Assembly (NCBI GenBank): GCA_034661055.1
Contig: JAYEKO010000028.1
Coordinates: 1 to 19,426 of the forward strand
Source of the DNA: Campylobacterota bacterium
GTDB taxonomy: Bacteria > Campylobacterota > Campylobacteria > Campylobacterales > Sulfurimonadaceae
Direction of reading: 5' to 3'
Length of the DNA stretch: 19,426 nucleotides
A program made the position numbers and the translations under genes. Within the stretch, counting starts at the first letter, position 1; the number at the start of each line of letters is the position of its first letter. The notes under the pieces were generated by a model, which had not been told where the DNA came from, ran no database searches, and was given only the letters and a program-made list of their open reading frames with translations. This document shows positions 17,573 through 19,426 of the stretch, in pieces.

Positions 17573-18741
17573 TTTTTCAACTTTGATTGTTCAAGCTCCC
17601 AATACTCCATATCGAAGCTGTCTTTTAGACCAATACTCTTATAGCCTCCAAGCTTATCAGCTCGTAGTACTGCTAGCATTGTATGCTCTATTACATCATT
17701 CATCACACTGGCTTCTTTCTCACTTTTTCCTGTAGTAATTACTCCAAAATCCTTAATAACAACATAGTTTGGTGCAGGGTTAAGAGAGATCTCATCACTA
17801 CAGAACTCTTTAAAATATGCCTTGTAGTTTGTAATATATTCTTGCAACGCCTCTTCTACAGAGTCATCTTCTAGTATTAAAGGAGCTCTTTTGGTTCTAA
17901 TTATATGCTCAGGAGTCAAAACCCCTCTACTCGCAGTTCTCGTTAAATCTTCTTGTGAAGCATACTCCACTGCTAACTCAGATTGATTTACATGTAAACT
18001 AACATCATAACCTTTTTCTTGAGTAAGTAGCCGTTGTAACTCACTCGCATCAAACGCTTTTTTCTCATGCAAAGAGAGCGTAATGTCTGCATTTCTGTTT
18101 AAAAAATCTTCTGCTAAGCTGACGGCATCAATCATTTTGTCATAGGAAGTTTTTGCATCATTATCAAAGGTAAAAATTCCATGATTATGCAAAATAATCC
18201 CGTCAACAGTTGACCAGTCCGCTCCTTTAGTCATCTCATTAATAGTCTGTGCCAAAATAAAGCCTGGCATCACATAAGGCACAATCAAAAAGTTGGGAAA
18301 TACTTTTTTAATATATTCAATCCCATTGATGGAGTTTGAAATACTCACCACCGCATCTGCATGTGTATGATCAACAAACTTATATGGAATAAGTGCATGT
18401 AAAATTGCTTCTACAGATGGATTTGGGGCTCTTTTGTCTATCATGGCTGCTTTTTGTCCGGCAACCATGTCGGTATCACTCAACTCTTTTAACTCTGCCA
18501 TCTCCAAGAGTGTTTTCATTTTCACAGGGGCAAATCCTTCAGCTTTAATACTGACTAAATCCCAACCACTTCCTTTAACAAGTAGTATTTCTTCTGCATC
18601 TACAACAGTTTTAACAGAGGTATTTCCTCCACCATGGAGCACCAACTCATTACTCTGTCCAAGTAAATTTGAGGTGTACACTCTTAAATCTAAATCTGTT
18701 ACAAATTTTTGTGCAACATCATCACTCCATAGATTTTTCAC
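17569..18741 (-). CDS. Class II aldolase/adducin family protein (aldolase half of RhaD-SDR type), stand-alone
   Basis: LVLHGGGNTSVK, VKGSGWDL, PSVEAILHA, DHTHAD, YVMPGF, HNHGIF and TPEHIIRTK. Ends at DMEYWELEQSKL with no SDR domain. Confidence 0.88.
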   Translation of the reverse strand: MKNLWSDDVAQKFVTDLDLRVYTSNLLGQSNELVLHGGGNTSVKTVVDAEEILLVKGSGWDLVSIKAEGFAPVKMKTLLEMAELKELSDTDMVAGQKAAMIDKRAPNPSVEAILHALIPYKFVDHTHADAVVSISNSINGIEYIKKVFPNFLIVPYVMPGFILAQTINEMTKGADWSTVDGIILHNHGIFTFDNDAKTSYDKMIDAVSLAEDFLNRNADITLSLHEKKAFDASELQRLLTQEKGYDVSLHVNQSELAVEYASQEDLTRTASRGVLTPEHIIRTKRAPLILEDDSVEEALQEYITNYKAYFKEFCSDEISLNPAPNYVVIKDFGVITTGKSEKEASVMNDVIEHTMLAVLRADKLGGYKSIGLKDSFDMEYWELEQSKLKK

Positions 18742-18743
18742 AT

Positions 18744-19031
18744 CTAACCTAGAACTTCAAGTTCGTCACTATATTTTTTTAAACAGTACGGCTCATAACT
18801 AGATTTATAGATTTTATAGTGTGCCGATGCTTTATGTCCATCAAGTGCTGCTTCATCTCTCCATGTCTCTACTGCCATAAACTTCTCTCTTTGGTTCTCA
18901 TACTGAAAAATATCATAAAATATACAGCCATCTTCTTGTTTTGAAGGTGCTACCATAGCCGTTAAAAGCTCTTTCATTTTCTCTATACTATCTTCTTTTG
19001 CTATAAATGTTACCCGTTTTGTTATGGTCAT
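18744..19031 (-). CDS. ABM/putative quinol monooxygenase family protein, LsrG-like
   Basis: 95 aa; QEDGC..YD...F..VETW.DEAALDGH..SAHY pattern; AGGAG SD; two genes upstream of lsrK. Confidence 0.8.
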   Translation of the reverse strand: MTITKRVTFIAKEDSIEKMKELLTAMVAPSKQEDGCIFYDIFQYENQREKFMAVETWRDEAALDGHKASAHYKIYKSSYEPYCLKKYSDELEVLG

Positions 19032-19093
19032 TTTTTCTCCTAAATTTTATAAAAAACGCTCAAAATGTTCTGTTGAAACTAGACGTATGTATT

Positions 19094-19102
19094 ACTATAT
19101 CA
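19094..19102 (-). promoter_or_regulatory. Candidate extended -10 (TGATATAGT) for the LsrG-like/aldolase/lsrK unit
   Basis: TGn plus TATAGT about 62 nt upstream of ATG 19031, preceded by T-rich tracts. Confidence 0.5.
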
Positions 19103-19226
19103 TAAAAATAACAAATGTTTTATGTTTATAGTAGTACCCAAATAATTCCATAACATTCCCCACACCTCCAAATTCATAAAATCTCATCTTTTTTTGAATC
19201 CAGAAGCACCTAAAAAGGCTAGAGAG

Positions 19227-19370
19227 TTAGACTTTACATATTTTCAACTCCAATAACACTGAATTTGTACTATTTTTAGGATTTTTTGAGTTTTTCAGGC
19301 AATAGTATCCTGTTTGGTTTCTCTGATATATCTTCGGATTGACTCTTTTTTGTTGTTTAGGTTGTGTCAC
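19227..19370 (-). CDS. Possible 47-aa basic small ORF or gene remnant
   Basis: GAGGAG SD 8 nt before GTG; GTGA overlap with the stop of an upstream frame; MTQPKQQKRVNPKIYQRNQTGYYCLK...CKV*. Confidence 0.25.
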   Translation of the reverse strand: MTQPKQQKRVNPKIYQRNQTGYYCLKNSKNPKNSTNSVLLELKICKV

Positions 19371-19426
19371 TGAAAACTCTCCTCATAAGCTAACCTTCTT
19401 ATTCTTTGAAGTAACTCTATAAACTC
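19367..19426 (-). CDS. Possible 3' end of an unidentified ORF entering from the right edge
   Basis: EFIELLQRIRRLAYEESFQ* is open to the window edge; too short to identify. Confidence 0.3.
   Translation of the reverse strand, partial: EFIELLQRIRRLAYEESFQ

Noticed and set aside
17569..18741. Rhamnose catabolism (rhaD)
   Set aside because: No SDR domain, isomerase or rhamnulokinase; the neighbouring kinase has LsrK signatures.
2316..18802. Short alternative-frame and antisense ORFs in the track (e.g. 2316..2501, 3775..4038, 8787..9131, 12567..12872, 15509..15937, 18434..18802)
   Set aside because: All lie within or across well-supported genes and show no recognisable motifs.
19290..19426. Degenerate IS200/RAYT or integrase remnant at the right edge
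   Set aside because: Resemblance rests on a few residues (RRYIR; YQR...YY) and cannot be supported without a search.
1..19426. tRNA, rRNA, riboswitches, intrinsic terminators
   Set aside because: Intergenic gaps are short and I saw no cloverleaf or GC hairpin with a U-tract; a covariance-model scan was not possible.

Overview
AT-rich bacterial window. The gene set and promoter style suggest Campylobacterota, Sulfurimonas/Sulfurovum-like (inference). Left edge: the 3' end of a probable Y1/HUH (RAYT/IS200-like) transposase, a spacerless 16-bp tandem array, and a truncated fibronectin-III gene fragment. Next on the + strand is a tightly coupled six-gene operon for a lipid-linked pentofuranose (UbiA-type phosphoribosyltransferase, GtrA flippase, DprE1, DprE2, GT-C transferase, HAD phosphatase). 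It is followed by an AsmA-like gene split into two ORFs, dinB, a Pla-1/VolA-type lipoprotein lipase and a DUF234 protein. On the - strand lie a J-domain gene with a sigma54 promoter, aguB, a SprA-related HEXXH gene, and a minimal AI-2 catabolic unit (LsrG-like, class II aldolase, lsrK). The most unexpected signal is the palindrome TACATGTA: 15 exact copies by manual count across almost all genes, roughly 20-fold above chance, apparently imprinting L/I-H-V on the proteins like a HIP1- or uptake-sequence-type motif. All family calls are motif recognition by eye; no searches were run.
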